A program made the translations under genes and the position numbers. Below are positions 28,088-37,141 of a stretch of DNA of 37,141 bases, piece by piece. A model generated the notes under the pieces. The model was given only the letters and a program-made list of their open reading frames with translations. It made no database searches and was not told the DNA's origin. The stretch comes from Deltaproteobacteria bacterium (GTDB taxonomy: Bacteria > Myxococcota_A > UBA9160 > SMWR01), in NCBI GenBank assembly GCA_032128375.1, contig JAQBGU010000217.1, positions 1-37,141 on the forward strand. The letters are read 5' to 3'. Position 1 is the first letter of the stretch. Each line of letters begins with the position of its first letter.

Positions 28088-29467
28088 CTAGAAAATCTGC
28101 CAGTAGAGCATCGCATAGCCCACCGCGACCGTAGCGCAGAGGTACACCAGGCCAACCGACAGCGAACCTGGGAGTCGAGCGAGCTGACCCAGCGCCGGGG
28201 TCGCGGCGATCAGACACGGACCCACGATGTGCGCGTAGTAGCGACTCCAGAACGGGCCGCCGGTCAGCGTGATCCCCAACAAGAACAAAGCCGCGAAAAC
28301 CAGCACGCCCAGCCGCAAGCCGCCCAGTTGCCGCGCACCGACACCAGCGAATGGCAAGAAGGCACCCAGCATGAACGCTGTCGCAAACACGAAGCGCTGC
28401 ACCGAGTAGTCGAGAACATTCCAACCCTTCCCCATCACCTCGACCTGGCGTTCCCAGTTGTTTCCAAGGTCCAGTGCGAACACGTATGCACCAAATAGAA
28501 TCAAACCGAACACCGACGGCGCGAGCGTCGCAGCGAGCCTGCGGCTGTTCCAGTTGCCGCTGCGCCTTTGATCGACCAGTTCGACGATCAGCGGTACCGC
28601 GAGCAACGGGAATAGCGTTGTCTTCTGAAATAGCGCCAAAGTTGCGCAGAGCGCCAGCACGGCAGCGTCACGCACTCGCAACGATTTCGACCAGCGCTCC
28701 CAACGCCACAAATACACGAGCGCCAAAGCGGCACTCGCCGCATCGAGTTGGATGAAGAAACTGCCGCGGACGATCGCAGCGTTGCCCAGAAACAGCGCGC
28801 CCACGAACCAGGCCGGCAAATCTGGCGCGATTCGAGCCGACAGCCGAACCACCAACAGCGCCGACACCGCGGTCGCGAACCCGTTGATCAACTGCAGGCA
28901 CAGAACCGGATCATCGACCGCGAAGCGAAGCAGCCCGATTGCGGCCGGCGTCAGAGGACTCGGCGAATGCATGTAGCGGGCCACGAAGTGCCCGAGCTCC
29001 GCGAAGGCGGCCTGATCGGCGCCAACGAGAGCGCGATGAATCGCTTCTCCGAATTTGGAGTATCCGTCCCAGGTCGGACGGTTCCAGAACACCCAGCTGT
29101 GGTGCGAAGTCCAAGCCGCGACGCCTAACATCGCAGCAAGAGCGGGCCACGTCAGCCAGCGCGAAAACGACGAAGCCGCGAGCGACGCCCCCTCGCGGCC
29201 CTCGAAGCGCCAGACCACCGTCGCGACCGCGCCAAGTGCGGCTGCCAACCACGCCAGCAATCGGGGAAAATCGCGCAGGTTCTGTTCGAAATTTCGCTGC
29301 GCGCGATCGTAGCTGTACTCGACACGAAACAGCGACGAAAAGAAATCCGGAAACATCGCCCAACACAGGCCCCAGAGCGCGATGCAGGCCGCAGCGATAC
29401 CGATCGCAAGACCGATCGAACGCGCAATCGGCGGCGGTACAGGTTCCACACGCGGTTGCATCCACAC
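28088..29467 (-). CDS. Polytopic membrane protein, possibly a GT-C (ArnT/PMT-like) glycosyltransferase
   Basis: About 11-13 TM segments; loop WD after an early TM, QLD, LFQK.T and SRYY patterns reminiscent of GT-C folds. Function tentative. Confidence 0.55.
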   Translation of the reverse strand: MWMQPRVEPVPPPIARSIGLAIGIAAACIALWGLCWAMFPDFFSSLFRVEYSYDRAQRNFEQNLRDFPRLLAWLAAALGAVATVVWRFEGREGASLAASSFSRWLTWPALAAMLGVAAWTSHHSWVFWNRPTWDGYSKFGEAIHRALVGADQAAFAELGHFVARYMHSPSPLTPAAIGLLRFAVDDPVLCLQLINGFATAVSALLVVRLSARIAPDLPAWFVGALFLGNAAIVRGSFFIQLDAASAALALVYLWRWERWSKSLRVRDAAVLALCATLALFQKTTLFPLLAVPLIVELVDQRRSGNWNSRRLAATLAPSVFGLILFGAYVFALDLGNNWERQVEVMGKGWNVLDYSVQRFVFATAFMLGAFLPFAGVGARQLGGLRLGVLVFAALFLLGITLTGGPFWSRYYAHIVGPCLIAATPALGQLARLPGSLSVGLVYLCATVAVGYAMLYWQIF

Positions 29468-29529
29468 TGGCTAGCCCAGATGATCCCGGGCCGATTCCTG
29501 GGCGGCTGCCGACGCCGATCCGCGCAAGC

Positions 29530-30492
29530 TCAGGCCGCCGAATTCCCGGAATTCGACAGCCCGGTCAGATCGGCAGAGATCTCCCACAATCTTGCGCAGG
29601 CTGCTTCGTCGGTCCCGAGCTTGGGCGTTGCCTTTTCGCTATTGTCCGCAAAGTACAGTCCACCGCGATCGGCGTACTCCGGTGCGGTCGCGACGTAGAC
29701 GCTCGTCGACGCGCCGCGTGCAGTGTCTTTCATCATCAGAACCATCAGCAACCCGATCATCTGCATGTACCACGGCTGATCGCGACCGAGTTCGGTGTCG
29801 ACGATTCCGGGGTGCAGCGCATTCGCCACGACAGCGGTTCCTTTCAACCGCCGGGTCAACTCCACGGCGAACATCACGTTCATCAACTTCGAATCAGCGT
29901 AGGACCGAATGCCGCTGTATTTTCGCGACTCCCAGTTCAGGTCTTCGAGCCGATCGCCAAGCGAAGCCACCGCCAGCGCGTCGGATGACACACAGACCAC
30001 GCGCGCCGGTGCAGATGCCTCGAGGACGTCCAACAGCAGGTTCGTCAGCAGGAAGTGGCCGAGGTGGTTGATGGCGAAGTGGACGTCGAGGCCGTCAGGT
30101 GTGCGATGCACCGCGGGCAGCATCACGCCGGCATTGTTGACCAGCAGGTTCAGCGCTTGCCCCGATTCCCGAAAACCCGCAGCGAACCGGCGGACAGAAT
30201 CGAAAGACGCGAGGTCGAGTTCGCGGACGTCCAACTGTTGTGCGCCAATCGCTCCGCCGCTTGCCTCGATGATACGCGTGCGAGCGGTGTTGGCCTTGTC
30301 GAGATTTCGACACGCCATCGTGACAGAGCTTCCGCGCAGCGCGAGCACCCGGGCCGTCTCGAAGCCGATCCCGGTGTTCGCGCCGGTCACGATCGCGTGT
30401 CGGCCCGTCAGGTCGACTCCGGCACTCACCTGTTCAGCACTGGCCTTTTTCCCGTAGGTGGAGTGGCGCGATTCAGTGCCGTTGTGTGCCAT
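29530..30492 (-). CDS. SDR, retinol dehydrogenase/WWOX-like
   Basis: TGANTGIG, LDLAS, NNAG, NHLGHFLLT, YADSK, LHPG…RLWEIS. Confidence 0.93.
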   Translation of the reverse strand: MAHNGTESRHSTYGKKASAEQVSAGVDLTGRHAIVTGANTGIGFETARVLALRGSSVTMACRNLDKANTARTRIIEASGGAIGAQQLDVRELDLASFDSVRRFAAGFRESGQALNLLVNNAGVMLPAVHRTPDGLDVHFAINHLGHFLLTNLLLDVLEASAPARVVCVSSDALAVASLGDRLEDLNWESRKYSGIRSYADSKLMNVMFAVELTRRLKGTAVVANALHPGIVDTELGRDQPWYMQMIGLLMVLMMKDTARGASTSVYVATAPEYADRGGLYFADNSEKATPKLGTDEAACARLWEISADLTGLSNSGNSAA

Positions 30493-30505
30493 CAGCGCGT
30501 CCTCG

Positions 30506-31261
30506 TCAGGGGGTTCCGCCATCGAGCCGGAGAATCGCTCCGGTCGTGAAGCTGGAAGCATCGCTCGCAAAGTACAGGGCCGCACCCACGACTTCGTCTG
30601 GTCGTCCAGCGCGCTTCATTGCGATACTCAGCTGGGCTTGCTTTTCGAAAGCCTCCATGTTCCAGGCCTTGCTGATATCGGTGAGGAATGGGCCGGCCAT
30701 GATGCAGTTCACCCGCACCTTCGGGCCCAGTGCACGCGCGAAGCCCAGCGTCAGCGCGTTGAGTCCAGCTTTCGCTGCGCCGTAGGGGATCTCGTGTGGC
30801 GACGGGCTGATCGCTGCGATGCTGCTGACATTGATGATCGATCCACCGTGACCCTCGGCCATGCGTTCGCCGATCAACGCGCTCAGTCGAAACGGACCCT
30901 TCAAATTCACGCCGAGCACCTTGTCGTAGAGTTCCTCGGATATTTCGGTGAGGCTGTTGTAGAGGGGAGACATACCGGCATTGTTCACCAGGATGTCGAC
31001 GTGGCCGAAGCGCTGATAGGCGGCATCGGCCAGCGCATCGAGTAGCTCCCACTTTCCGACGTGAAATGCCAACGGCAACGCACTGCGCCCGGTCGTTTCT
31101 TCGATCTCCCGAGCCACGCGCTGGCAGTTCTCGAGCTTTCGGCTGGCAATCACTACGTCCGCCCCGGCTTCGGCGAACGCCATGGCCATCTCTTTTCCCA
31201 GGCCGCGGCTGCCGCCGGTGACCAGAGCCACCTTTCCACTCAAGTCGAATCGGTTACTCAT
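30506..31261 (-). CDS. Short-chain dehydrogenase/reductase
   Basis: TGGSRGLG, NNAG, YGAAK, LDGG. Confidence 0.94.
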   Translation of the reverse strand: MSNRFDLSGKVALVTGGSRGLGKEMAMAFAEAGADVVIASRKLENCQRVAREIEETTGRSALPLAFHVGKWELLDALADAAYQRFGHVDILVNNAGMSPLYNSLTEISEELYDKVLGVNLKGPFRLSALIGERMAEGHGGSIINVSSIAAISPSPHEIPYGAAKAGLNALTLGFARALGPKVRVNCIMAGPFLTDISKAWNMEAFEKQAQLSIAMKRAGRPDEVVGAALYFASDASSFTTGAILRLDGGTP

Positions 31262-31409
31262 GGCGTTTTGTGGCACCTCCTGACTGCGGCCCGCGCGGCG
31301 CAGTTCGCTTCCTCCGGAACCCGAGTACTTCATCTACGTAACACCGACGGATTGCTACTGTCCAGCTGTTGATTCACTCCCCATAACCCACGCGCCCCCG
31401 GAGAACGTC

Positions 31410-32771
31410 ATGCGATTCGGAATCTTCTACGAACACCAACTGCCCCGTCCGTGGGAGGAGGGCGATGAGTACCGCCTACTGCAAGACGCGCTGACGCAGG
31501 TCGAATTCGCAGACAAGCTCGGCATCGAGTACCTGTGGGAGGTGGAACACCATTTTCTCGAGGAGTACTCGCATTCGAGCGCGCCGGAAGTCTTTCTGGC
31601 CGCAGCCAGCCAGCGCACGGAGAATATCCGTCTGGGTCACGGCATCATTCAAACTTCGCCGCTCTACAACCATCCCGCTCGCACGGCTGAGCGTGTAGCC
31701 ACCCTCGACCTGATCAGCGGCGGGCGGGTCGAATTTGGAACGGGAGAGTCGGCGACCACCGGCGAGATGGGCGGCTTCAACATCGACCCGGCGCTGAAGC
31801 GGGACCAATGGCGCGAGGGACTCGAAGTGGCCGTGCGCTGCATGACAGAAGTCCCGTTCTCAGGTGTCGACGGCAAGTGGGTCCAGATGCCGCCGCGCAA
31901 CGTGGTCCCCAAGCCGATGCAGCGCCCGCATCCGCCGCTGTGGGTCGCGGCTTCGCGGCGCGAGACGATCATGCTCGCGGCCGAATCCGGCCTCGGTGCT
32001 CTGACATTCGCGTTTATCGATCCCGAGGAGGCGGTCGAGTGGATCGAGGCCCACGAGAGGCGCCTGGCGCGCTGCTCACCGATCGGCGAGACGGTCAACA
32101 CCGACATCGCGTGCGTTTCGCCGATGATGGTCCACACCGACGAGCGCGAGGCGATTCGACGCGGCCTCGAAGGTGGCAACTTTTTCGGTTACTCGCTGGC
32201 CTTCTACGCGGTCTTTGGCGACCAGATTCCGGGCGTCACGAACCTGTGGGAGGATTTTCAGAACAAGCGCCGCGAAAAGGGCTACGACCCGGATGCTGCG
32301 GTCGATCAGCAGCAGAATGAACTCGGCGCGAAGATCTCGCAAGGCGAAACGTCAGCGTTGCGCGGTGCTGTCGGCACGCCCGAGCAGTTGCGCAACTACC
32401 TGCGCCGTTTCGAAGAGGCCGGCGTCGACCAGTTGATTTTCATCATGCAGGCGGGCAAGAACAAGCACGAAGACATCATGGAATCACTCGAGCTGTTCGC
32501 GCGCGAAGTACAGCCAGAATTCAAAGACCGCGATGAAAAGCAGCGCGCGGTGAAGGCAGCGCGGCTCGAACCGCTGGTCGACGCGGCGCTCGAGCGGAAG
32601 GTGCGCAAGGTTCCGAAGGTACCGGAGGGTTACTCGGTGCCGGCGGTCGCGAAGGAGATCTTCAAGCAGATGGGTGGAGACGAGCTACTCGAGCAGGTCG
32701 CGACCGAGAGCGCGCTGGGCGGAGGAGGATTGCGCGACAAGATGCCGCGGGAGCGGGCTCCCAAGGACTAG
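31410..32771 (+). CDS. LLM-class flavin-dependent oxidoreductase
   Basis: [62 protein letters not shown]. Confidence 0.93.
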   Translation: MRFGIFYEHQLPRPWEEGDEYRLLQDALTQVEFADKLGIEYLWEVEHHFLEEYSHSSAPEVFLAAASQRTENIRLGHGIIQTSPLYNHPARTAERVATLDLISGGRVEFGTGESATTGEMGGFNIDPALKRDQWREGLEVAVRCMTEVPFSGVDGKWVQMPPRNVVPKPMQRPHPPLWVAASRRETIMLAAESGLGALTFAFIDPEEAVEWIEAHERRLARCSPIGETVNTDIACVSPMMVHTDEREAIRRGLEGGNFFGYSLAFYAVFGDQIPGVTNLWEDFQNKRREKGYDPDAAVDQQQNELGAKISQGETSALRGAVGTPEQLRNYLRRFEEAGVDQLIFIMQAGKNKHEDIMESLELFAREVQPEFKDRDEKQRAVKAARLEPLVDAALERKVRKVPKVPEGYSVPAVAKEIFKQMGGDELLEQVATESALGGGGLRDKMPRERAPKD

Positions 32772-33730
32772 TTCGATGCGGACCCCCTGATCATTTCTGC
32801 CAATGCGCTCTTCAACGCAGCCGCGGACTCCGCCAACAACTCCTTGCCCGCATCGGTGATGACACCGAGCTGAAAGAACATGTGGGGCATGCCGTCGTAG
32901 CGGTGGAGCGTAGTCTCGACGCCGGCCTCCTTCAGCGCCTTCGCGTAAGCCTCACCTTCATCTCGAAGCGGGTCGAATTCGGCCGTCACGACCAGCGCGG
33001 GCGGCAGGTTCGCGTGCGAACTCGCCAACAGCGGGGACGCATTGGGCGCGACTCGAGCTTCGTCTGACGCAAAATAGTGGTTCTCGAACCACTCCATCGT
33101 CTCGAGGGTCAGGAACGGGCCCGCTTCGTTCTCTTTGCGCGATGTGAAACCGCTCGGGGTACGTAGATCGACGGCGGGATACACGAGCAGTTGGAAGCGC
33201 AGCGCTGGGCCACCCGCGTCGCGTGCCAGCAGTGCTACGATGGCTGCCAGATTTCCGCCGGCGCTGTCGCCTCCTACCGCGATGCGTTCGGGGTCGCCGC
33301 CAAGTTCGCGCGCGTTTTCTCCGACCCACTGCAGGGCCGCGAATGCGTCGTCTGGTGCTGCCGGGTACACGTGCTCGGGGGCCAGCCGGTAGTCGACTGA
33401 CACCACGATGCAACCGGCCTGTTCGCACAACGTACGGCACTCGCGATCGTGGGTATCGCGGTCTCCGATCACCCAACCTCCGCCGTGGTAGAAAACGAAA
33501 ACACCGAATGACCCATCCCCATTCGGTGTATATACGCGCAACGGAATATCGCCCGCAGGGCCGGGAATCGAGCGATCGTCGACCGCGACATCGGGGCCCG
33601 GGCCGAACATCGCGCCGAGGTTGCGATAGAACTCGCGCGCTTGTTCAGGAGTCGATGCGGCGATATCGACGGCATCGGGGTTCGCAGCCATCGCTTCCAT
33701 CAATGCGGTGATCTGCGGGTGGAGCGGCAT
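32768..33730 (-). CDS. Alpha/beta hydrolase, HSL-family esterase
   Basis: [40 protein letters not shown]. Confidence 0.95.
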   Translation of the reverse strand: MPLHPQITALMEAMAANPDAVDIAASTPEQAREFYRNLGAMFGPGPDVAVDDRSIPGPAGDIPLRVYTPNGDGSFGVFVFYHGGGWVIGDRDTHDRECRTLCEQAGCIVVSVDYRLAPEHVYPAAPDDAFAALQWVGENARELGGDPERIAVGGDSAGGNLAAIVALLARDAGGPALRFQLLVYPAVDLRTPSGFTSRKENEAGPFLTLETMEWFENHYFASDEARVAPNASPLLASSHANLPPALVVTAEFDPLRDEGEAYAKALKEAGVETTLHRYDGMPHMFFQLGVITDAGKELLAESAAALKSALAEMIRGSASN

Positions 33731-33846
33731 GGGGATTCTCCTCGAATTCGCCGGAGGCTTGCGGGTCGGGGTCTCGCGGACAGGGGACGAAGCACGAATG
33801 TCCGCGGGAGAGTAGACCATCGCCTGGTCGAATCGGTTCAACCGCA

Positions 33847-35145
33847 TCAAACCCGGGCTCGCCGATCACTCAGCCAGAACGTCAGCCAGACACCTGCCAG
33901 CATCAGTGCGGTCACCAAGGCGAAAGCGGCGTCGAATCCCGTACGGTCGATCATCGACCCGAAGATCGGTGATGACAGAATCACGGCCGCGTTGCAGATC
34001 TGCGCGATGCTCAAATAGCGCGGGTGGTCCATTTCTGGCGCAATCTCGAGGATGTAGTTCGTTGTCAGGCGGAACACGAGCGGCGTAAATCCGATCCCGA
34101 CGAACACCCACGCGTAGAGGTTGCGGCCGACTTCCACTGGGATATGCGAAATCGTCAGCGCGAGTGGAGGCACCGACGCGCAGATCAACATCGCGATCCG
34201 CAGCGTAAAGCGGTTCCCATAGCGGTCCGCGAGCGGCCCCATGACGACGCTGCCAATTCCGCTCGCGACGTTCTGGAACACCACCCAGAGCATGAGGTTG
34301 CCGCCTTCCAACCCGAGTCGTTCGCGGCCTAGCGCCTGGTAGTGAGGAAGCAAGATCAGCGACGTCGTAAATAGTGCGCCGACGATCACCAGCAACCGGT
34401 AGTTGCGATCGCGGTGCATAATTCGCCACGCGCCGCGGAACTGCTCCGCAACACTCACGCGCTGCTCCGCGTAATCGTCGGCCGGCTCGCGAATCCACAG
34501 GGCCGCCAGCGCGGAAACCGCGAACAGCACGCCGGTGAACCCGAAGATCTTCGCGTATCCAGCATCTTCGGCCAGCCAGCTGGGCAGCAGGAACCATGCG
34601 CAGACGCAAGCGGGGATCGTTCCGCCCATCGTACCGAGAGCCAGGAAGCGTCCGCGCCGGTCGGCGCGGATCAGCTTTCCATTCAGCGTGCCTCCTGCCA
34701 GCATGTTCAACCCGGTCGCAGCAAAGAACAATGTGTACAAAGTCAGAAATGCGGCCGGATACCAGCTTCGGGGATCCGATCCGAATACCGTCAGTCCGGC
34801 ACTGATCGCCAGAAACGGGGCCGCCATCGCGAGCGCCGTCGCGAGCAGTGCGAATTTCTTGCGAGGCAGTAGCTTCAGCCGTCGCGCCAGCAGGAACGGA
34901 ACGATGCTCTGGCCGAGTCGGTTCAGCACGGGCAGCAGACCGCGTATCCAGCCCGCCCCAGCGATGCTGTCGAGGAAGGCGGGGATGATCACGCTCTCCG
35001 TCTTGAAGACCCAACCCGTACGGACCAGCATGACGTTGGCCACCATCGCCAGCGTGTTGCGCGTCTCGTCGCGCGGCTCGATGCTTCCGGCGGGTCCCGT
35101 GATGTCGGCGGGTGGCGGCGGGGCGAGGGGTGCGAGCGCGGACAC
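33847..35145 (-). CDS. MFS transporter
   Basis: About 12 TM segments, RRGRF and [10 protein letters not shown] motif-A-like loops. Start uncertain (GTG 35145 chosen). Confidence 0.82.
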   Translation of the reverse strand: MSALAPLAPPPPADITGPAGSIEPRDETRNTLAMVANVMLVRTGWVFKTESVIIPAFLDSIAGAGWIRGLLPVLNRLGQSIVPFLLARRLKLLPRKKFALLATALAMAAPFLAISAGLTVFGSDPRSWYPAAFLTLYTLFFAATGLNMLAGGTLNGKLIRADRRGRFLALGTMGGTIPACVCAWFLLPSWLAEDAGYAKIFGFTGVLFAVSALAALWIREPADDYAEQRVSVAEQFRGAWRIMHRDRNYRLLVIVGALFTTSLILLPHYQALGRERLGLEGGNLMLWVVFQNVASGIGSVVMGPLADRYGNRFTLRIAMLICASVPPLALTISHIPVEVGRNLYAWVFVGIGFTPLVFRLTTNYILEIAPEMDHPRYLSIAQICNAAVILSSPIFGSMIDRTGFDAAFALVTALMLAGVWLTFWLSDRRARV

Positions 35146-35177
35146 AGAGGCGCCTCGAAGCGGGGTGAATGCCGATA

Positions 35178-35248
35178 CTAGGGCGAATTCTTCGAGTTCT
35201 TCACCGTCCATCTGCACGCTAGAGCTGGCGCTCCACGCCGCAGATCCG
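35178..35248 (+). repeat. Dispersed repeat copy C
   Basis: CTAGGGCGAATTCTTCGAGTTCTTCACCGTC…GCACGCTAGAGCTGGCGCTCCACGCCGCAGATCCG. Confidence 0.7.
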
Positions 35249-35492
35249 TGCGGGCGAATCCGGCGGATTTTCCCGTCGCAGGCGAGGGGCGTTTGATCGC
35301 CCGTGCGCGCCTCCGCTCGAGGCGAAGTCCCAGGCGGCACGCTGCAGCGCCCGATCGCCCTGCGTGCTCGACCGCGATCTCGTTTTGCTGCGAACGCTGC
35401 GAACCGGAATCGAGTATTCTCGCCGCTGGCCTCATACGCGCCCGCTCAAAGCGAGCCCGGCGACGTAGACGACAATTGCAAGGAGTCCCCCA

Positions 35493-36632
35493 GTGAGTGA
35501 CGACATCCAGACCTTCCGGATCGAAGCAACCGACGCAGAACTCGACGACCTCGCACGCAGGCTCAAGGCTACGCGCTGGGCCAATGAAGAGCCGGTCGAC
35601 GATTGGTCTCAGGGAACGCCACTCCACTACCTGCGGGAAGTCTGCGCCTACTGGGGGGAAAAATATGATTGGCGCGACCGCGAGGCGCGACTGAATGCGT
35701 TCCCGCAGTTTCGCACCACGGTCAATGGGCTCGGCATTCATTTCGTGCACGTGCGCTCGCCCGAAAGCGATGCGCTTCCTCTATTGATGACGCATGGCTG
35801 GCCGGGATCGATCGTCGAGTTCCAAAAAGTCATCGGGCCGCTTTCCGACCCGGTCGCCCATGGCGGCCGGGCCAGCGATGCATTCCACGTGATCTGCCCA
35901 TCGCTGCCGGGTTACGGATTTTCTGACAAGCCGACCGAGACAGGCTGGGGTATCGAAAAGATCGGGGAGACCTGGGCGAAACTCATGGCCACGCTCGGCT
36001 ACGAAAGCTACGTCGCGCAGGGGGGAGACTGGGGTTCGATGGTGACGGCCTCGGTCGGCAGCCAGGACCCCGAGCACTGCGCGGGAATCCATCTGAACAT
36101 GCCCGTCGCGATGCCCGACCCCGAGACGATGGGGGACCTGTCAGATGACGAGAAGGGGGCATTGGCGTCGCTGCAATACTACGATCAGAAGGACTCGGGG
36201 TACTCGAAACAACAGAGCACCCGACCACAGTCACTCGGCTACGGGCTCGTCGATTCGCCGGCCGGCCAAGCTGGCTGGATACTGGAAAAATTCTGGGCCT
36301 GGACCGATTGCGACGGACACCCGGAGAACGTGCTGACGCGCGACGAGATGCTCGACAACATCATGTTGTATTGGTTGCCCGCCACCGGCGCGTCCTCGGC
36401 GCGATTGTACTGGGAGAGTTTTGGCACCCCGTCGCTGGCGGAAGTCACGGTGCCGACCGGCTGCAGCATCTTCCCGAAAGAGATCATCCGCACCTCGCGC
36501 CGCTGGGCGGAGAAGCGTTTCAAGAATATCGTCTACTGGAACAAGCTCGAACGCGGCGGGCATTTCGCGGCATTCGAACAGCCCGAAACGTTTGTCGAAG
36601 AACTCCGCAATTGTTTCCGCGCGATGCGTTAG
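35493..36632 (+). CDS. Epoxide hydrolase (microsomal EHN type)
   Basis: EHN N-terminus (DWSQG.P..Y…YDWR), HGWPGS, PSLPGYGFS, QGGDWG, GGHFAAFEQP; AGGAG RBS. Confidence 0.95.
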   Translation: MSDDIQTFRIEATDAELDDLARRLKATRWANEEPVDDWSQGTPLHYLREVCAYWGEKYDWRDREARLNAFPQFRTTVNGLGIHFVHVRSPESDALPLLMTHGWPGSIVEFQKVIGPLSDPVAHGGRASDAFHVICPSLPGYGFSDKPTETGWGIEKIGETWAKLMATLGYESYVAQGGDWGSMVTASVGSQDPEHCAGIHLNMPVAMPDPETMGDLSDDEKGALASLQYYDQKDSGYSKQQSTRPQSLGYGLVDSPAGQAGWILEKFWAWTDCDGHPENVLTRDEMLDNIMLYWLPATGASSARLYWESFGTPSLAEVTVPTGCSIFPKEIIRTSRRWAEKRFKNIVYWNKLERGGHFAAFEQPETFVEELRNCFRAMR

Positions 36633-36721
36633 CGAGTCGATCAGCGCTGGGTACCGCCAGTTCCGCCGGCGCCGCCCAGCGCTGGACTTCGTCTCCTTCC
36701 CACCTGGGGCGCCTCGCACCG

Positions 36722-37141
36722 CGGGCACTCGGCCTGATCGTGCTCGGCATCGGACTCGCGTCGTGCGGTGTACCCGACCGATCGCCCAACATCGTACTGA
36801 TTTCGATCGACAGCCTGCGCGCGGACCGGCTGGGAATCTATGGCGCGGATCGAGACACCAGCCCAGCCATCGACGCGCTGGCCGCCGAGGGTGCGCTGTT
36901 CGAAACCGCGGTGGCTCCGAGTCCATGGACGTTGGCCAGCCATGTCACGCTGTTCACCGGGATGCCGATTTCGACGCACCGCGTGAGCGCCCCCGATAAG
37001 AAGCTCGATTCCGCCCGCCGGCCGTTGGCTCAGCATCTCGCCGAGCTCGGCTACAAGACTGCCGCGTTCGTCTCGGCGCCGTTTCTCGATCGCGCCTATG
37101 GTGTCGACCGGGGCTTCGAAACCTACGTGAACTTCCAAGGC
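36722..37141 (+). CDS. Sulfatase-superfamily lipoprotein, partial (runs off the window; missing from the ORF track)
   Basis: Frame reads RALGLIVLGIGLASC-GVPDRSPNIVLISIDSLRADRLGIYG..TSPAID.LAAEG..F..AVAPSPWTLASHVTLFTG…GYKTAAF…RGF. Start codon unclear (in-frame TTG at 36611). Confidence 0.85.

Noticed and set aside
29537..29558. GAATTC-CCG-GAATTC as a fourth copy of the dispersed repeat
   Set aside because: Only the paired GAATTC matches; the flanks do not align and it lies within the SDR coding end.
33772..33809. Inverted repeat TCTCGCGGACA…TGTCCGCGGGA as a terminator or riboswitch
   Set aside because: Large loop, no U-tract, and no recognisable aptamer motif.

Overview
GC-rich bacterial window with a gene content suggestive of an environmental Myxococcota/deltaproteobacterium-like organism (inference only). 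It holds about 35 genes: amtB-glnK with a likely sigma54 promoter; a decaying LysR/panB/PhyH unit; a detoxification string (TetR, DoxX, HxlR-SCP2, GST, arylamine N-acetyltransferase); a CoxMSL-like molybdenum hydroxylase with MoaD; two more Mo enzymes (MOSC, DMSO-reductase family); aldolases, MFS transporters, SDRs, LLM oxidoreductases, hydrolases and a partial sulfatase. The main finding is that two ORFs the track splits (14258..16621 and 13094..13978, minus strand) read as one ~1,030-1,060 aa secreted protein interrupted by one in-frame UGA (…GADL-UGA-SSFWR…). The UGA is followed 11 nt later by a hairpin with a GGUC loop, as in a bacterial SECIS. Six FG-GAP blades lie before the UGA; the seventh blade, an ASPIC/UnbV domain and a CxxC thioredoxin domain lie after it. 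This is a candidate FG-GAP/ASPIC-UnbV/thioredoxin selenoprotein. Upstream of its gene string is a sigma70 promoter, a 29-aa basic leader peptide and a repeat-containing leader in front of an RNHCP gene. Also seen: a dispersed repeat in three copies, and two genes with internal deletions (panB, an LLM gene). No rRNA, tRNA, CRISPR array or transposase was recognised.
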